Assembly (NCBI GenBank): GCA_026770705.1
Contig: JANJGN010000021.1
Span: 97,092,001-97,156,000, forward strand
Length of the DNA stretch: 64,000 nucleotides
Reading direction: 5' to 3'
Source: Isurus oxyrinchus
Lineage: Eukaryota
Shown one piece after another: positions 39,022-52,431 of the stretch. Positions within the stretch are counted from its first letter, which is position 1; each line of letters begins with the position of its first letter. A model generated the notes under the pieces. It was given only the letters and a program-made list of their open reading frames with translations, ran no database searches and was not told the DNA's origin. The translations under genes were made by a program, and so were the position numbers.

Positions 39022-40634
39022 CAGGCAACAGCTGAAACCCTGCTATGTCTTGAGGAACAGCGCGAAAGACACGATTTAAGAAAGGTAGATTTTTGTTGAA
39101 GAAAACAAATTCAGCACCGATAAAAGCTCACAGAAAGATATTCCACCAGACGCTACCCAACAAAAGCCGGAATTTGAATCCAACTCGGAATGATTTTCGA
39201 TGTTGACGTATATCGCCACTGCCAGCTATGAGGACTTCTTGTTCATTCTCCACTGACTCAAATGTTTTCCATTCAGGAGAAAGTGCAATGCATTTCAGAA
39301 CTCCAAGCAATAAACAAATTAGGGATTGAAATGATGAGGCAGAAAAGTGTACATTGGCCGCTCGTGTGTTGCTTGTTGTTCAGTTGGCTTGCAATGCCGC
39401 ATGTCGAGATCGATTCCCAATCAGGGAAATGTGCTTTACAAAATTGTCGATCGGCTGGGTCATGTTTGTACAGGATAGATAATTACGTTCACACTATTAA
39501 TGAAATACAAACATTTTTGCACACGGAAGCAAATGCCAGAAAAATTACCTGGGACCTCACGTGAATCACCTGAATCTGGTAGCCACAGCATGATGTAAAC
39601 ATCAATCAGCTCAGAGGAAGTGTGTAGGATGCAGGTAAAATGCTGGATTCTCTGCAGGAACTCACTTTAACAAATGTTTCAACGCTCCACGTCACACAAA
39701 TCACACAGGGAAGGTATCCATTACAAAACATTTTAAACTCAGAATAGATCTTCAGAATTTCCGTTACAATGAAGAGTCGTACCGACTTCAAACTTTCATT
39801 CTATTTCTATCCACACAGATGCTGACAGGTCTAATGTGTATCTCTAGCATCGTTTGGTTTTTTTTCGCATTTTCTTCCCTGAACTTTCGGAATCAAATTA
39901 TTGTCTTAGTGATCTAACTGAATTGAAACACGCTGCACCCCGCCCCCGCGAAGTAACATTCCAAATCTCTGAATGCAGCGCGTTTTGTTTCGACGGTGGT
40001 TTCTGCGCGGTCATAACCTCATATTCTGAAAACCATATTTCTACGGCAAAACATCCATGGACAAGTTAAACATGTTTCAGCTCTGACAAACGAAGCTGGT
40101 GTGGTATACTCAGGAACTAACACCGTTGGGCATGAGTACACAGGGAATCTTTCTGGACATGGATTCTCATGTATTACTCAGCTTGGCGAATATATTAAGC
40201 TATTTGCACAGCTGAAGAAGGATAATTATAGATTCTTATTTTCGGTCAACAAAAATTAAGATGCAGGTAAAGCACCATTTAAATAGTTCAGTGTGTTTGG
40301 AATTATCTCGCTTCATAGATACCGTCTGTAATATAGCCACACAAATGTAGCTTCGGGTGATGGAATTGCATGTTCGTTTTCTGGAGGTTTGGAGGCGCAG
40401 AATTCATTTGCCTGATTTTAGGAGAACTCACTACCCTAATCTTTGTCCAACAGCTTGGGTGTAGCTACGTGGGACTTTTTTTTTCTCTCTCTCATATTTG
40501 AAATGAATATTTACAAGGAATTGTGGCTTGATCAAGTTGGAGCTGGCAATGCTCGGCAAGTATTTTCTCATGGTGAAAATGCATGATGTGAAACTGTGCG
40601 TCAGGGAAGGCGATCAAGGGAGAAAATAGTACTC

Positions 40635-40708
40635 AGGCCCTGGGTGCGATCAAAACACCAACCTTTCGATTAACATCTCAACTAGCGAACCAATTGCGCC
40701 ACTGAGAC
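40635..40708 (-). pseudogene. tRNA-Asn(GTT) pseudogene
   Basis: Reverse complement GTCTCAGTGGCGCAATTGGTTCGCTAGTTGAGATGTTAATCGAAAGGTTGGTGTTTTGATCGCACCCAGGGCCT is colinear with vertebrate tRNA-Asn. The B box is broken. Confidence 0.85.
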
Positions 40709-40789
40709 TACCAGTCTGTGGGTGGAAACGTTAGTAATATTAATTGTCAATAGACTGCGAGCTCAGCACATCAGGGCGGAAGCCAAGGC

Positions 40790-41835
40790 TGGAAAAGTCA
40801 TAATAACGTTCAACCAGAAGTGCCATGTGAATAATCTACCTCGGGCTCTTCCTGAGGTCGCCAAAATGAAGGCTACCAGTCTTGAACTAATTCGATTCAC
40901 TTCATATGATAGTAAGAAACGGCAGAAGGCACTGGATACTGAAAATGTGACAGGCGCTGACATTCCCGCAAGAGTACTGAAGCCAAGTGCTCCAGAACTA
41001 GCTGCCTCCTCAGCCGAGTTGTTTATTACAGCTACAAAGCTGCCATCCACCAAGCAACGTGGAAAACTGGTCATACATACCTAGTCCACAAGAAATAGGG
41101 CAAATCCAACTGGGCAAATTACCACCACATGAGTCTACTCTTCATCATCAGCAAAGTAGAAGAAGGTGTCATCGACAGTGCAAGCTAGCAGCAATTAGTC
41201 AGAAACAAGCTGCTCCCTGACGCTCTGTTTAGGTTCCACCAGTGGCACTCAGCTGTTGACCTCATAACAGCGTTGGTCTAAACATGGCAAAAGGAGCTGA
41301 GCTCAAGAGGTGTGGTGAAGCTTATTGGGCTTCTCATCGAGGCTTCATTTGACCTAGTGTGGCATCAAGGAGACCAGGAAACTGGAGTCAATGGGAAGCA
41401 GGTGGAAAGCTCTCCATTGTTTGGAGTCATACCTAGCACAAATGAAGGTGGTTGAGTTGTTATATGTTAGTCACCCACAACATCACAGTAGGAGTTCATC
41501 AGGGGAGTGTTCTTAACCCAAGCATCTCGGTTGCTTCATCATTGACCCTCCCGCTATCATAGGGGATGATCGCTGATGAATGCACAATCCTCAGTACCAT
41601 TAGCAACTCCACAGGCACGAAAGTAGTCCTTGGCCATATCACAGTTTCCACCCTACATTTGGTTCAAACTTTTGAAACGCCTTCTCTAATAGCACTGCAG
41701 GTGTAACTACTCATCATGGCCTGAAGCGCATCAAGAAAGTGGCTCAACACCAAGTTCTCAATGCAATTAGGGACTGGTAATAATAAAAATGGTGGCCTTT
41801 CCAGCGACACAAACGTTCTGCCAAAGAAGGAAAAA
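40790..41835 (+). mobile_element. CR1-clade LINE fragment (same family as 3930-5720)
   Basis: LKPSAPELA.. region, near-colinear DNA with 4100-4900, and the same 3' tail. Confidence 0.85.
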
Positions 41836-42657
41836 CACATGGGAATGGTATTATTCTACTCATTGAATATACATCTATATGAACCTGAAGAAGCTCCCCT
41901 AATTGCAGCAGGCTTTTCTTGAAAATAGTGTCGGCGGATACTGTGCATTCCGCTGAGCAAAGGCTCTAAATGACAGCCATGTCCTCCAACAATTCAGCAC
42001 ATCCTCATCACTGCGCTGACTCCCTGCATTCATCTTTCTTGTCAAAATCTACAGTGAGACTTAGAGATACGTGTGAGCCACCGTGCTACCAGGAGGGTCA
42101 TAACTATTGCTCCACGCTGGCTTATTGTCATTTCAAGACCACATTATAAATATCATTATGTTGAGTCATTTCGATGAATTTCGATTGTTTCTTGTCTCTT
42201 GAGGACGATTGAGCTGTGAACAGAACGAAGTGTTTAAAATGATAATGGGGTTCATTAGGATCGATACCCTTCCAAAATTCCAGCCCTTGCTGAATCCGTG
42301 ACTTTTTTTTGTACTCAAACTTCAGAGAAAGTGCTGAGCGATCCTTGTGATCCACAGTGGCACTGAGTTGATTTCAGAAATTGCTCCGTGCTAATGTACT
42401 GTAGTTTCACGATCCATTACAAATGTCATTACATTGATTCGCTTCGAACAATTTCGATTAGTTCTTGACACTTGAGGTTGGTCGAGGGGTGGCGTGTTGA
42501 AAATGCTGAAGGGTTTCGGTAAGATCGATACCAACAATTTATTCCGGCTGATGAATCAAACACTGACGACTGATTTGCTTCCAGTAGATTCAATTTCTAG
42601 TGTTGTGCGTTCACCTTTGGAGCTTCCATGACAACACGCAACTACTCTCAAGGCAAA

Positions 42658-42795
42658 GCTTGGCCAAAATAGCCAAGTGGTTATGGTACTGGGTTTGTAA
42701 CACCAAGATCAAGCGTTCAAATCTCACAATGGCAAACTATGAAACATTGTAACTTCATCTGAAATAGATGGAAATGGGTTTGTACTCGAAAGAGT
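42658..42795 (+). mobile_element. Short tRNA(Thr-like)-derived SINE, 138 bp, with 15-bp TSD
   Basis: A box TAGCCAAGTGG, TTGTAA anticodon-loop remnant and B box GTTCAAATC. TACTCTCAAGGCAAA is duplicated at 42643-42657 and 42796-42810. The paralogous site near 36060 is empty. Confidence 0.88.
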
Positions 42796-45071
42796 TACTC
42801 TCAAGGCAAAATTTCTTCTAATGAACTCTTCTCACACACAAAAGTGCTCTCTGCATTACCGCATGCAGATTTAAATACTGGCTTTTCCCAAAGCTTCTTT
42901 TACGATGTGCTTCTAGAAGCTTTTCAAATGTCACCAAAACTGCTATAACTCATTCCTTTTTCGCCACTGGCATGCTTTTCGTTTATTTTCCAATAGTTTC
43001 ATAGCACAAGATGGATTTGGAAAACTTACGATGTACTCACATTACAATCTTTCAGCATTTCACTCACTGACCTCAGCTGCCAATTGCTCGGATGAAAACA
43101 CTACCTGTTATGGAAACATAACGCAGTTCTTCACCAGTTAGCATTAAAGCGAAAGTGGTAAAAGTGGTTATTTTATCACGTCGCCCCTCATGCCCTCCGA
43201 TTGTTCTTTTCATCCGTGGGAGCAATCTCCTGCTCCCGTGATACTACTCCCAGGGCACTACTGACGGCACAACGTCCTTACTGGTGCTCGCAATAACTGT
43301 TTTCTTTTTGCAATTTTTTTCTCTTGAAGCACTGCAACCGCTTCCTTCAGAATTGCCAAAAAATAAAAGGTGAAGTGAGTGTCAGTTTTTCGGGAATTCA
43401 GCCCGATCTATTAAGCAACGTTTGTCTCTGGATGCCCGGTTCCTCCAAAATGATACTGTTACAGCTTTTCGGGCAAAACAACAAAAGGTTAGTCCTGCTA
43501 TTGTTCATAAAGTATCATAGCGTTGTCCATTTAAGTACTGAAAGCATTCCAACGAATTCATACTGCGGAGCGGCCTTTCATGCCCCCGGACTGCGAAGTG
43601 GTTCAGTCAATCATACAACAAAGAACAGCACATCCACAAATGCCACCAGGGATTGGATTTTGTTGTTCTCCAGTTGTAAGGATTGATGCAATGTTCGTTT
43701 CGACTTTTGGATATTGTCAACTGATATTCTTAACCAGGATAATCACTCGAACGTCACTGGAGAAAATCGGCTTTCTGAGTTTTTGCGTGAAAAAAAAATG
43801 AATGAATGATCCCAATTCCATGAATTGCGTAACTCAAACCTCAAAAATTTTCATAACTGTTTACTTCAGATGTCTAGTTGATTTTCCTTCTCTTTTAGGT
43901 TTTCAAGTTGAAATGTCCCTTCGCTTGGAGAATCTCCGAGGAACATCTTTATTTTAAACACAGGTGCACTCTTTATTGTATCCTCGCTTAGTTACCGGAA
44001 ATTGCTGAACCTAACACTTGGATTTAACAAGAATTTTCAGTCTCATGCATTATGAGCTCATTATACAGCTCCTCCCTCCAGCATGTTCAGTGCTGCAAAC
44101 GATGTCTTGACATGTCCTTGCTGTCCCCAGCAACACCATGCATTGCCGATTTGAAGCAATGCATTTGTCGAGGTTACACACTTAGCGACGGTGGGGGAGG
44201 GAATGAAAGTTTACCTATTGAATGGAGTGTTGATCAGATGAGTTATTTTATTCTTGATTTGCCCTTTTGACTAGTGATTTGTAGACAATGGACTGACATT
44301 GGGGAGACAGGAAGTCAGCAAGTACATAATTCTCGGCCTCTGACCTGCTTTTGTAGCCATATAATTATCAAAACTTATCCAAAAAGTTTCCGGGTGAGCT
44401 CTTACGACACTACCACTTAGAAACTTGCTGTTGAGCCATTAATTTAAGGCTTGCCCCACTTTCCCGGTCCCTATTTCTGCCAGAACTAGATTGTTGAACT
44501 GTCTGCATACCTAGACTTCAATTCCGTATGACCAATTCCGACATGTGGTCTCTAGATTTGCTGGTTGCATGTTATTTAAGACGAGTTCTGTGCGATTTAA
44601 GTGACAATAGTAGCGCTTTTTCAGCTTGGCTTCACGAGCCTGACTCTGTAAACTGCTCAATCTGACCCTTCATATGCGATTCTCACCATCGCATTCATCT
44701 TTCCCTGAGCTCTAGCCATATACAATAGACTCATTATTAATTTACCGGGACTGTCAGAAAACTTCGTGCACTTACTGCTGTGCAGGCAACCTGTCCTCTC
44801 TCGATCATGCATTCTTCCCCTGTGGCGCTTCAGTTCAGCTTTGCAGATAAACCTGATAGAGGTCGGATGATTTTTCTGAGCACAACAATGAGAAAACTGC
44901 ACATATATTGTGTTGTTTGTCCAGTAGTTGTGTTTTGCCCCTGCCTTCCAATCTTAAATTCGTGGATTGAATGCAATTTTGAAACGAATTGCTCCTTCTC
45001 CTTTTATGGCACCAAGCTTGGAGTCTGTGGAGAATGAGCAAGAAAGACAGCAGCCTTTTGAGCCGGCAGTC

Positions 45072-45147
45072 CATAAGACCATAAGACATAGGAGCAGAAA
45101 TTAGGCCATTCGGCGATCGAGTCTGCTCCAACATTCAATCATGGCTG
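45072..45147 (-). mobile_element. 76-bp CR1 3'-end insertion
   Basis: Repeated CATAAGAC tail plus GGCCATTCGG..GAGTCTGCTCC hairpin region. AGTC is duplicated at 45068-45071 and 45148-45151. Absent from the paralog at ~27760. Confidence 0.8.
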
Positions 45148-45311
45148 AGTCATCAGTTTCAAAGCTGGCAATAGCGAAACAAGACAGCATAGTCCACCTT
45201 TGTGGGGTGGATGCCACAGGGAGAGTGTTCGAAGATATTTAAATTCTGCTCGGCTTTGAACGTCTACTTCTTTCCTGCAGCGAAGCAGCAAAGCAATCAC
45301 TCACGTGCGTT

Positions 45312-45383
45312 GCCATCGATGTATTGTGGTTAGTGAGCGGCGTTATAATTGCAGCAGCTTCTGAATGATTCCAATTGACGACA
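45312..45383 (+). pseudogene. Heavily decayed tRNA-His, first unit of the array
   Basis: GCCATCGATGTATTGTGGTTAGTG..GCGTTATAATTGCAGCAG.. is colinear with His over 72 nt. It lies 2341 bp before the next copy and is followed by unit spacer sequence. Confidence 0.7.
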
Positions 45384-47652
45384 GCGCGTGTTTTGCTGTC
45401 CGACTTCTGCTAAAAGACGGCAATTGGGGACTTTAAAATTATATTTGATAGCAAAGCACATTTAATCCTTCCAAATCTAGCACCGTCACGTGTCTGTGTG
45501 TCATGCCTCTTCTCCATGATTTACCTTCCTTTCGCACTCACCAACCTCCTTGACTTCATTCCTTCCATTTAATAATCCGCCTGCTGCGGCAGGTGCATGG
45601 TTGAATTGATTTTGCTACTATTGCTGTTTCTGGTGTAATATAACTAATTCACAGCAATGGCATCTGTGCTTTGAAAGCAATGGCTGCATAGAGATCTGTG
45701 TGACAGCAGACAGCCAAGCACTGCACAGGCAGGGTTGAAATCGAAAAATCTCGACGCGTTTGCTCGCGAAATTTTCTTGCGAACCTCTCCATACAGTCAG
45801 TGTTGGAAGTAAAAAGAGAAATAGTTGACAAAATTAATCATAGCAGTCTGGCAGGTTCTGTCGGAAGAGAAACAGGGTTAACTTTGCAAGTCTCAGTTTC
45901 CCAGTGCTTTTCTGCTTTTATTTGAGGCTTATAAATTGCTCTGTCTTCTCCAACAATCACACCATCTCCCCACCTGGATCGTCACACACACTCCCAGCAC
46001 ATTTCAATCCATAACACCGATTACATTTCTACTTCTGTTCAACCCTGAACAAGTGTCTTACGGACTCAAATGCACCTCCATTTCTGTCTTCACAGATCTG
46101 CCAGAACGGTTGCGGTTATTTTCAGTTTTCACTTCACAATTGCAGCAACCGCATTATTTTACCTAAAAGTTACCTTGTTACTGTCTTCAGAGTAGCTGTT
46201 TGCTCATCTCAGCACTTGCTGCATTCATGTTGGCATTGGAGACGTTGGTTCTGAATAGCTTTGTTCCAATTCACAGAAAATTGTTCTCTTCAAATCCAGA
46301 GAAAATTATGCTGTTAGGTTGTACCTCATTTTGTCTCGGAGTTATTCCTCGCCCTTTTATGCTGGCACTGCCAAACTTGGCGCACATTCAACATGTATTC
46401 CCCTGTCAAGAAAGCTTTTCAAGGTGGAACTTCAACTTATGCAACTGCTAATGTCATTCTGAGGTACGCGCAAACCGATGGCGCTACCAGAGTGTTGCAT
46501 AAAACCTCCGAGTTCCTTCTCCTCCACGTGTTAGATGGTACCATCGCGGTGACAGGGGAACAGATCTTTTCAATTAGAGCGCGAAAACTGGATTTCAATG
46601 ACAGTGTGCCACCATTGTTACTATGGCCTGTGAACAAACTGATGAAGGAGCCGATGATAAACTAGGTGCCCAGAAGTGGCGAAAAGGTAATATATTCAAA
46701 GTTGTGCCCTTTTGTAACTCCAACATGGGACGAAGGAAAAGATGTCTCCTTCCAAAAAAATATGTATATATATATATTTCACTTTAGAATCAGTGACCGG
46801 TATACCAGCTGCAATGCACTTTTTTTTTTTTTTTTACCATTTTTCGTAATAGAATGAGCTGCTTTGTAAAGGTAATTCCACGAAACTGTCAGTAAAGAAG
46901 AATCAATGGGGAGCAGTCTTGCACAAACACGAGATACATGTCGGAATCGCATATTCATTCGCCAAATTGACGTTAGAGAGAGTCGGGAGGAGAGCTCTTT
47001 AGTTAGTAAATCAACTGAAGTGGGCTATCTTTCTTGTCAACCAAAGCAGTCTTCAATGTGAGAGCCTATAGGCCTGGAGGGTATGTTTCTATACCTTTTT
47101 ACTTCATATCAGGGATAAGTCCGACGCTGATTCCTGGTAAAATATTGTTTTGCTTTGTGGCAGCAGCAACATCCGTTCTCAGGGAATTTCATAACTCTTA
47201 AGCATAAGTTCAGTTTTCCTTTCGGAATCTGCTGATAGACTTCCTGCACACCTGTAACATTTACACTTTCCATTTCTGCTTTACATCATGTGTAGTGTTT
47301 TCGTTTTGTGTGCATGAAGCTGGAGGATATCTTACAATGTTATTTTAGAAAAGCCGACTCTGATTTGGATCAGTGGACTTTGAACAGCTGTATTATTAAC
47401 TAAAGGTTCTATCAAATGGACGCTGCCAAGCACGACGAAGACAAACGTTTGGAATATGTTTTCATTTTCTCCATTCAATGCAATGCCTGAAATCTGCGGC
47501 CAAAGAACAGGAAGTTTTGCAAACATGGATGCGCAACTCACTCCTCAGCGAGAGGCTTGCCGTGCGATTGAACGGTTTTTTCGAAGTGTTTGGTGGTGAG
47601 GATGTGCTACCAGCCCGCAGCTTGGCGGCCCATGCTCACAGCGACGGGTGGT

Positions 47653-47725
47653 GCCGTGATTGTATAGTGGTTAGTGCACTGCGTTGTGCGCCAACTTAAA
47701 TTGGGTTCGAATCAGAGCCAGGGCA
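47653..47725 (+). pseudogene. tRNA-His pseudogene
   Basis: GCCGTGATTGTATAGTGGTTAGTGCACTGCGTTGTG...GGGTTCGAATCAGAGCCAGGGCA. The 3' anticodon stem and variable region are scrambled. Confidence 0.88.
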
Positions 47726-49980
47726 AAGCTGCTTTCCGTTCTTTAGCTGGAATAACAGGGAGGAATGTTCAAACTTGCAACACCAGTTTGTAATGTGAAA
47801 GTGCAATTCATAATTTCAATATAACACCCCACTAGTCTGTCTTTTGTTATCCAGACTACAATCCAACACCACATCAGTTGTATCTGCCTGCCCAATTCAC
47901 TGATCTCTTTCAATTACTTCATATTTCATTGTCATTTTACTGTGGCATTGTCTCAACTAATACTCTCTATCACACTGACAACGTTGAGTTACTTTTTCTA
48001 CCGCCGCATTCCTGCCAGCTCGTTGCCCATTCGCCCCAGAGGTCCACCTGTGCTTTGAAAGCAATGGCTACACATCGATATTTGTATAAGCAGGGTCGAC
48101 ATCGAAAAATACGGACCCGATTCCTATCGAAATTTTCTGATGTATCTGGTGATTCAGTCAGTGTTGGAAGTAAAAATTGAAATCCTTGCGAGGAAATACC
48201 GCAGCATACTGGCACAATCTTTGGAAATGAAATCAGACTGAACTTTGCCAGTCTAAGACTCCCAGCACTTTCCTGCTTTAATTTCAGACCTAACGTTTGC
48301 CCTGTTGTGCCAAACCTCTGCGCTACAACAGACATCATCAAAAGCACAACCTTTGGCACAGTTAACCAGCATAAGCCCCTTACATTTCTATCTCTGTGCA
48401 GCACTGATGAAGAGGCTTAGGGCCACAGATGTTAACTCTATCCTCTCTCCGAACAAATGTTGCCAGTGCAGCTCGGCATTTCTGTTATTTTCACTTATTA
48501 CTTCACAATTGCACCATTCGCATTATGTTAGCTAAACTTACCCCTTGTTTCTATCTGCATAGTAGCTGCTTGTTCAGCTCGGCACTTGCAGCATTTATGT
48601 GGGCATTGGAGACATTGGTTTTGGAAAGCTTTGTTCCAATTCACAGCAAATTGTTCTCTTCAAATCCAGAGAAAATTATTCTGTTCGGTTGCACTTCATT
48701 TTATCTCGGAATTATTCCACATCCTTTTATGCTGGCACTGCCAAACCCGGAGGACATTCAACATGTATTCCCCTGTCAACAAAGCTTTTCAAGGTGAAAC
48801 TTCAACTTATGCAGCTGTTAATCTCACTTTAAAATACGCGCAAACCGATGGCTCTACCAGCATGTTGCATAAAACCTCCGATTTCCTTCTCCTCCACGTG
48901 TTGTTTGGTATCATCGTTGTGACAGGGGAACAGATCTTTTCAATTAGTGCGCAAGAACTTGATTTCAATGACAATGTGCAACGATTGTTACTATGGCCTG
49001 TGAAGAAACTGATGAAGGAGCCGATGTTAAACTAGGTGCCCAGAAGTGGCGAAAAACGACTATATTCAAGATTGTGCCCTTTTGTAAGTCCAACAATGGA
49101 ACAACGGAAAAGAAGTTACTTTCCAAAAAATATGTATATATATATTTCACTTTAGAAACTGCAATGCACTTTTGTTCCATTTTGCGTAATAGAATGAGCT
49201 GCTTTGTAAAGCTAATTCCCTGAAACTGCCAGAAAAGAAGAATCACTGGGGAGCAGACTCGCACAAACACGAGATACATGTCGGAAACTCATATGCATTC
49301 AACAAATTGACGTTACAGACAGCCGGGAGGAGAGCTGTGTAGTTAGTAAGTCAGTTGAAGTGGGCTATCTTTCTTGTCAACCAAAGCAATCTTCAATGTG
49401 AGAGCCTATTACCCTGCAGGGTGCGCTTCCATACCATTTTACTTCATATCAGGAATAAGTCCTACGCTGATTCGTGGTAAAACATTGTTTTGCTTTGTGG
49501 CAGCAGCAACATCCGTTCTCAGGTAATTTCATAACCCTGATGCATTAGTTCAGTTTTCATATCGAAATCTGCTGTTAGACTTCCTGCACACCTGTAACAT
49601 TTACACCTTCCATTCCTGCTTTACAGCATGTGCAGTGTTTTCGATTTGTGAGCATGAAGCAGGAAGATATCTTGCAATGATATTTTAGAAATGCCGGCTC
49701 TAATTCGGACCGGTGGACTTGGAACAGCTGTATTATTAACTAAATGGAGACTGCCAAGCACCACGAAGACAAAAGTTTGGTATATGATTTCATTTCCTCC
49801 TTCCAATGCAATGCCTTGAATTTGCAGCCAAAGAACAGGAAATTTTGGAAGCTTGGATGCTCAATTCACTCTTCTGCATGAGGCTTGCGGTGCGATCGAG
49901 TGCTTTTTTCGAAGTGTTTGGTGGTGAAAATGTGCTACCAGCCTGCAGCTTGGCGGTCCATGCCAGCAGCGACCGGTGCC

Positions 49981-50052
49981 TCCGTGATCGTATAGTGGTT
50001 AGTACTCTGCGCTGTGGCCGCTGTAACCTCGGTTTGAATCCGAGTCACGGCA
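49981..50052 (+). pseudogene. tRNA-His pseudogene
   Basis: Carries G1T, T32C, A42T (anticodon stem mismatch) and the B-box change C56T. Confidence 0.85.
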
Positions 50053-52359
50053 TTGCTTCTTTCTGTTCTTTCGCTGGAATAAAAGGGAGGAATGTTCAAA
50101 TTTGCAGGGCAAGTTTGTAATGTGAATGCGTAATTCATAATTTCAATCTAACACCCCACTTGGCTGTCTTTTGTTATCAAGAGTTCAATCCAACCCCACA
50201 TCAGATGTATCCCCCTGTCCATTGCACAGATCTCTTTCAATTACTTCCTAATTCATTGTCATTTTACTGTGGCATTGTCTCAACTGATAGTCTCTATCAC
50301 ACTGACAACGTTGAGTTAGTTTTTCTACCGTCACTTTCCTGCCAGCTCGTTGCCCATTCGCCCCAGTGGTCCACCTGTGCTTTGAAAGCATTGGCTACAC
50401 ATCGATCTTTGTGGCTGCATGCTGCCAGATACTGAATAAGCAGGGTCGACATCGAAACATTCGGACCCGATTGCTATCGAAATTTTCTTACGTATCTTGT
50501 CATTCAGTCAGTGTTGGAAGTAAACATTGAAATCCTTGCGAGGAAATACCGCAGCATTCTGGCACAATCTTTGGAAATGAAATCAGACTCAACTTTGCAA
50601 GTCTAAGACTCCCAGCACTTTCCTGCTTTAATTTCAGACTTAACGTTTGCACTTTTGTACCAAACTTCCGCCCTACAACAGACATCATCAAAAGCACCAC
50701 CTTTGCCACAGTTAACCAGCATAACCCTCTTACATTTCTATCTCTGCCCAGCACTGATGAAGAGGCTTAGGGCCTCAGATGTTAACTCTATCCTCTCTCG
50801 TAACAAATGTTGCCAGTGTGGCTCGGCATTTCTGTTATTTTCAGTTTTTACATCACAATTGCACCATTCGCATTATGTTAGCTAAACTTACCCCTTGTTT
50901 CTATCTGCACAGTAGCTGCTTGATCAGCTCGGCACTTGCAGCATTTATGTTGGCTTTGGAGACGTTGGTTTTGGGAAGCTTTGTTCCAATTCACAGAAAA
51001 TTGTTCTCTTCAAATCCAGAGAAAATTATTCTGTTCGGTTGCACTTCATTTTATCTCGGAGTTATTCCTCGCACTTTTATGCTGGCACTGGCAAACCTGG
51101 CCGACATTCAACATGTATTCCCCTGTCAACAAAGCTTTTCAGGGTGAAACTTCAACTTATGCAGCTGTTAATGTCACTTTAAAAGACGCGCAAACTGATG
51201 GCGCTACCAGCGTGTTGCATAAAACCTCCGGGTAACTTCTCCTCCACGTGTTATTTGGTATCATCGTGGTGGCAGGGGAACAGATCTTTGCAATTAGTGT
51301 ACAAAAGCTGGGTTTCAGGGACAGTGTGCAACGATTGTTACTATGGCCTGTAAACAAACTGATGAAGGAGCCGATGTTACACTAGCTGCCCAGATGTGGC
51401 GAAAAAGTAATATATTGAAAGTTGTGCCCTTTTGTAACACCAAAATGGGAACGATGGAAAAGAAGTCACCTTCCAAAAAAATATGTATATATATATTTCA
51501 CTTTAGTATCAGTGACCGGTATACTAACTGCAATGCACTTTTATTCGGTTTTGCGTAATCGAGTGAGCTGAATTGTAAAGCTAATTGACCGAAACTGTCA
51601 GTAAAGAAGAATCAATGGGGAGCAGACTTGCATAAACACGAGATAGATGTCGGAATCTCATATGCACTCGCCAAATTGACGTTACAAAGAGCCGTGAGCT
51701 GAGCTCTGCAGTTTGTAAATCAATTGAAGTGGACTATCTTTCTTGTCAACCGAAGCAGTAATCAATGTGAGAGGCTATTGGCCTGGAGGGTTTGCTCCTA
51801 TACCTTTTTACTTCATATCAGAGAAAGTCCAATGCTGATTCCTGGTAAAACATTGTTTTGCTTTGCGGCAGAAGCAACATCCGGTCTCAGGGAATTTCAT
51901 AACCCTGAAGCCTTAGTTCAGTATTCCTTTCGCAATCTGCTGTTCGAGTTCCTGCACACCTGTAAAATTTACACCTTCCATTTCTGCTTTCCAGCATGTG
52001 CAGTGTTTTCATTTTGTGCGCATGGAGCTGGAGGATATCTTACCATGTTATTTTAGAAAAGCCGACTCTGATTCGGAGCGGTGGACTTTGAACAGCTGAA
52101 TTATTAACTAAAAGGTCTATCAAATGGAAGCTGCAAAGCACCACGAAGACAAACGTTTGGAATATGTTTTCATTTCCTCCTTTCAATGCAATGCCTGGAA
52201 TTTGCGGCCAAAGAACAGGAAATTTTGGAAGCTTGGATGCTGAATTCACTCTTCTGCGTGAGACTTGCCATGGGAACGAGCGCTTTTTTCAAAGTCTTGG
52301 GTGGTGAAAATGTCCTACCAGCCTGCAGGTTGAAGCCCATGCCAACAGCGATGGGTGGC

Positions 52360-52431
52360 GCCGTGATCGTATAGTGGTTAGTACTCTGCGTTGTGGCCGC
52401 AGTAACCTCGGTTCGAATCCGAGTCACGGCA
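52360..52431 (+). tRNA. tRNA-His-GTG: tRNA-His(GTG), intact body
   Basis: Same 72-nt sequence as the 57059 copy. The first T4 run is only at 52492-52495. Confidence 0.93.

Noticed and set aside
42661-42735. Functional tRNA-Thr(TGT)
   Set aside because: Acceptor and T-stem pairing is poor, and a non-tRNA tail and a TSD identify it as a SINE head.
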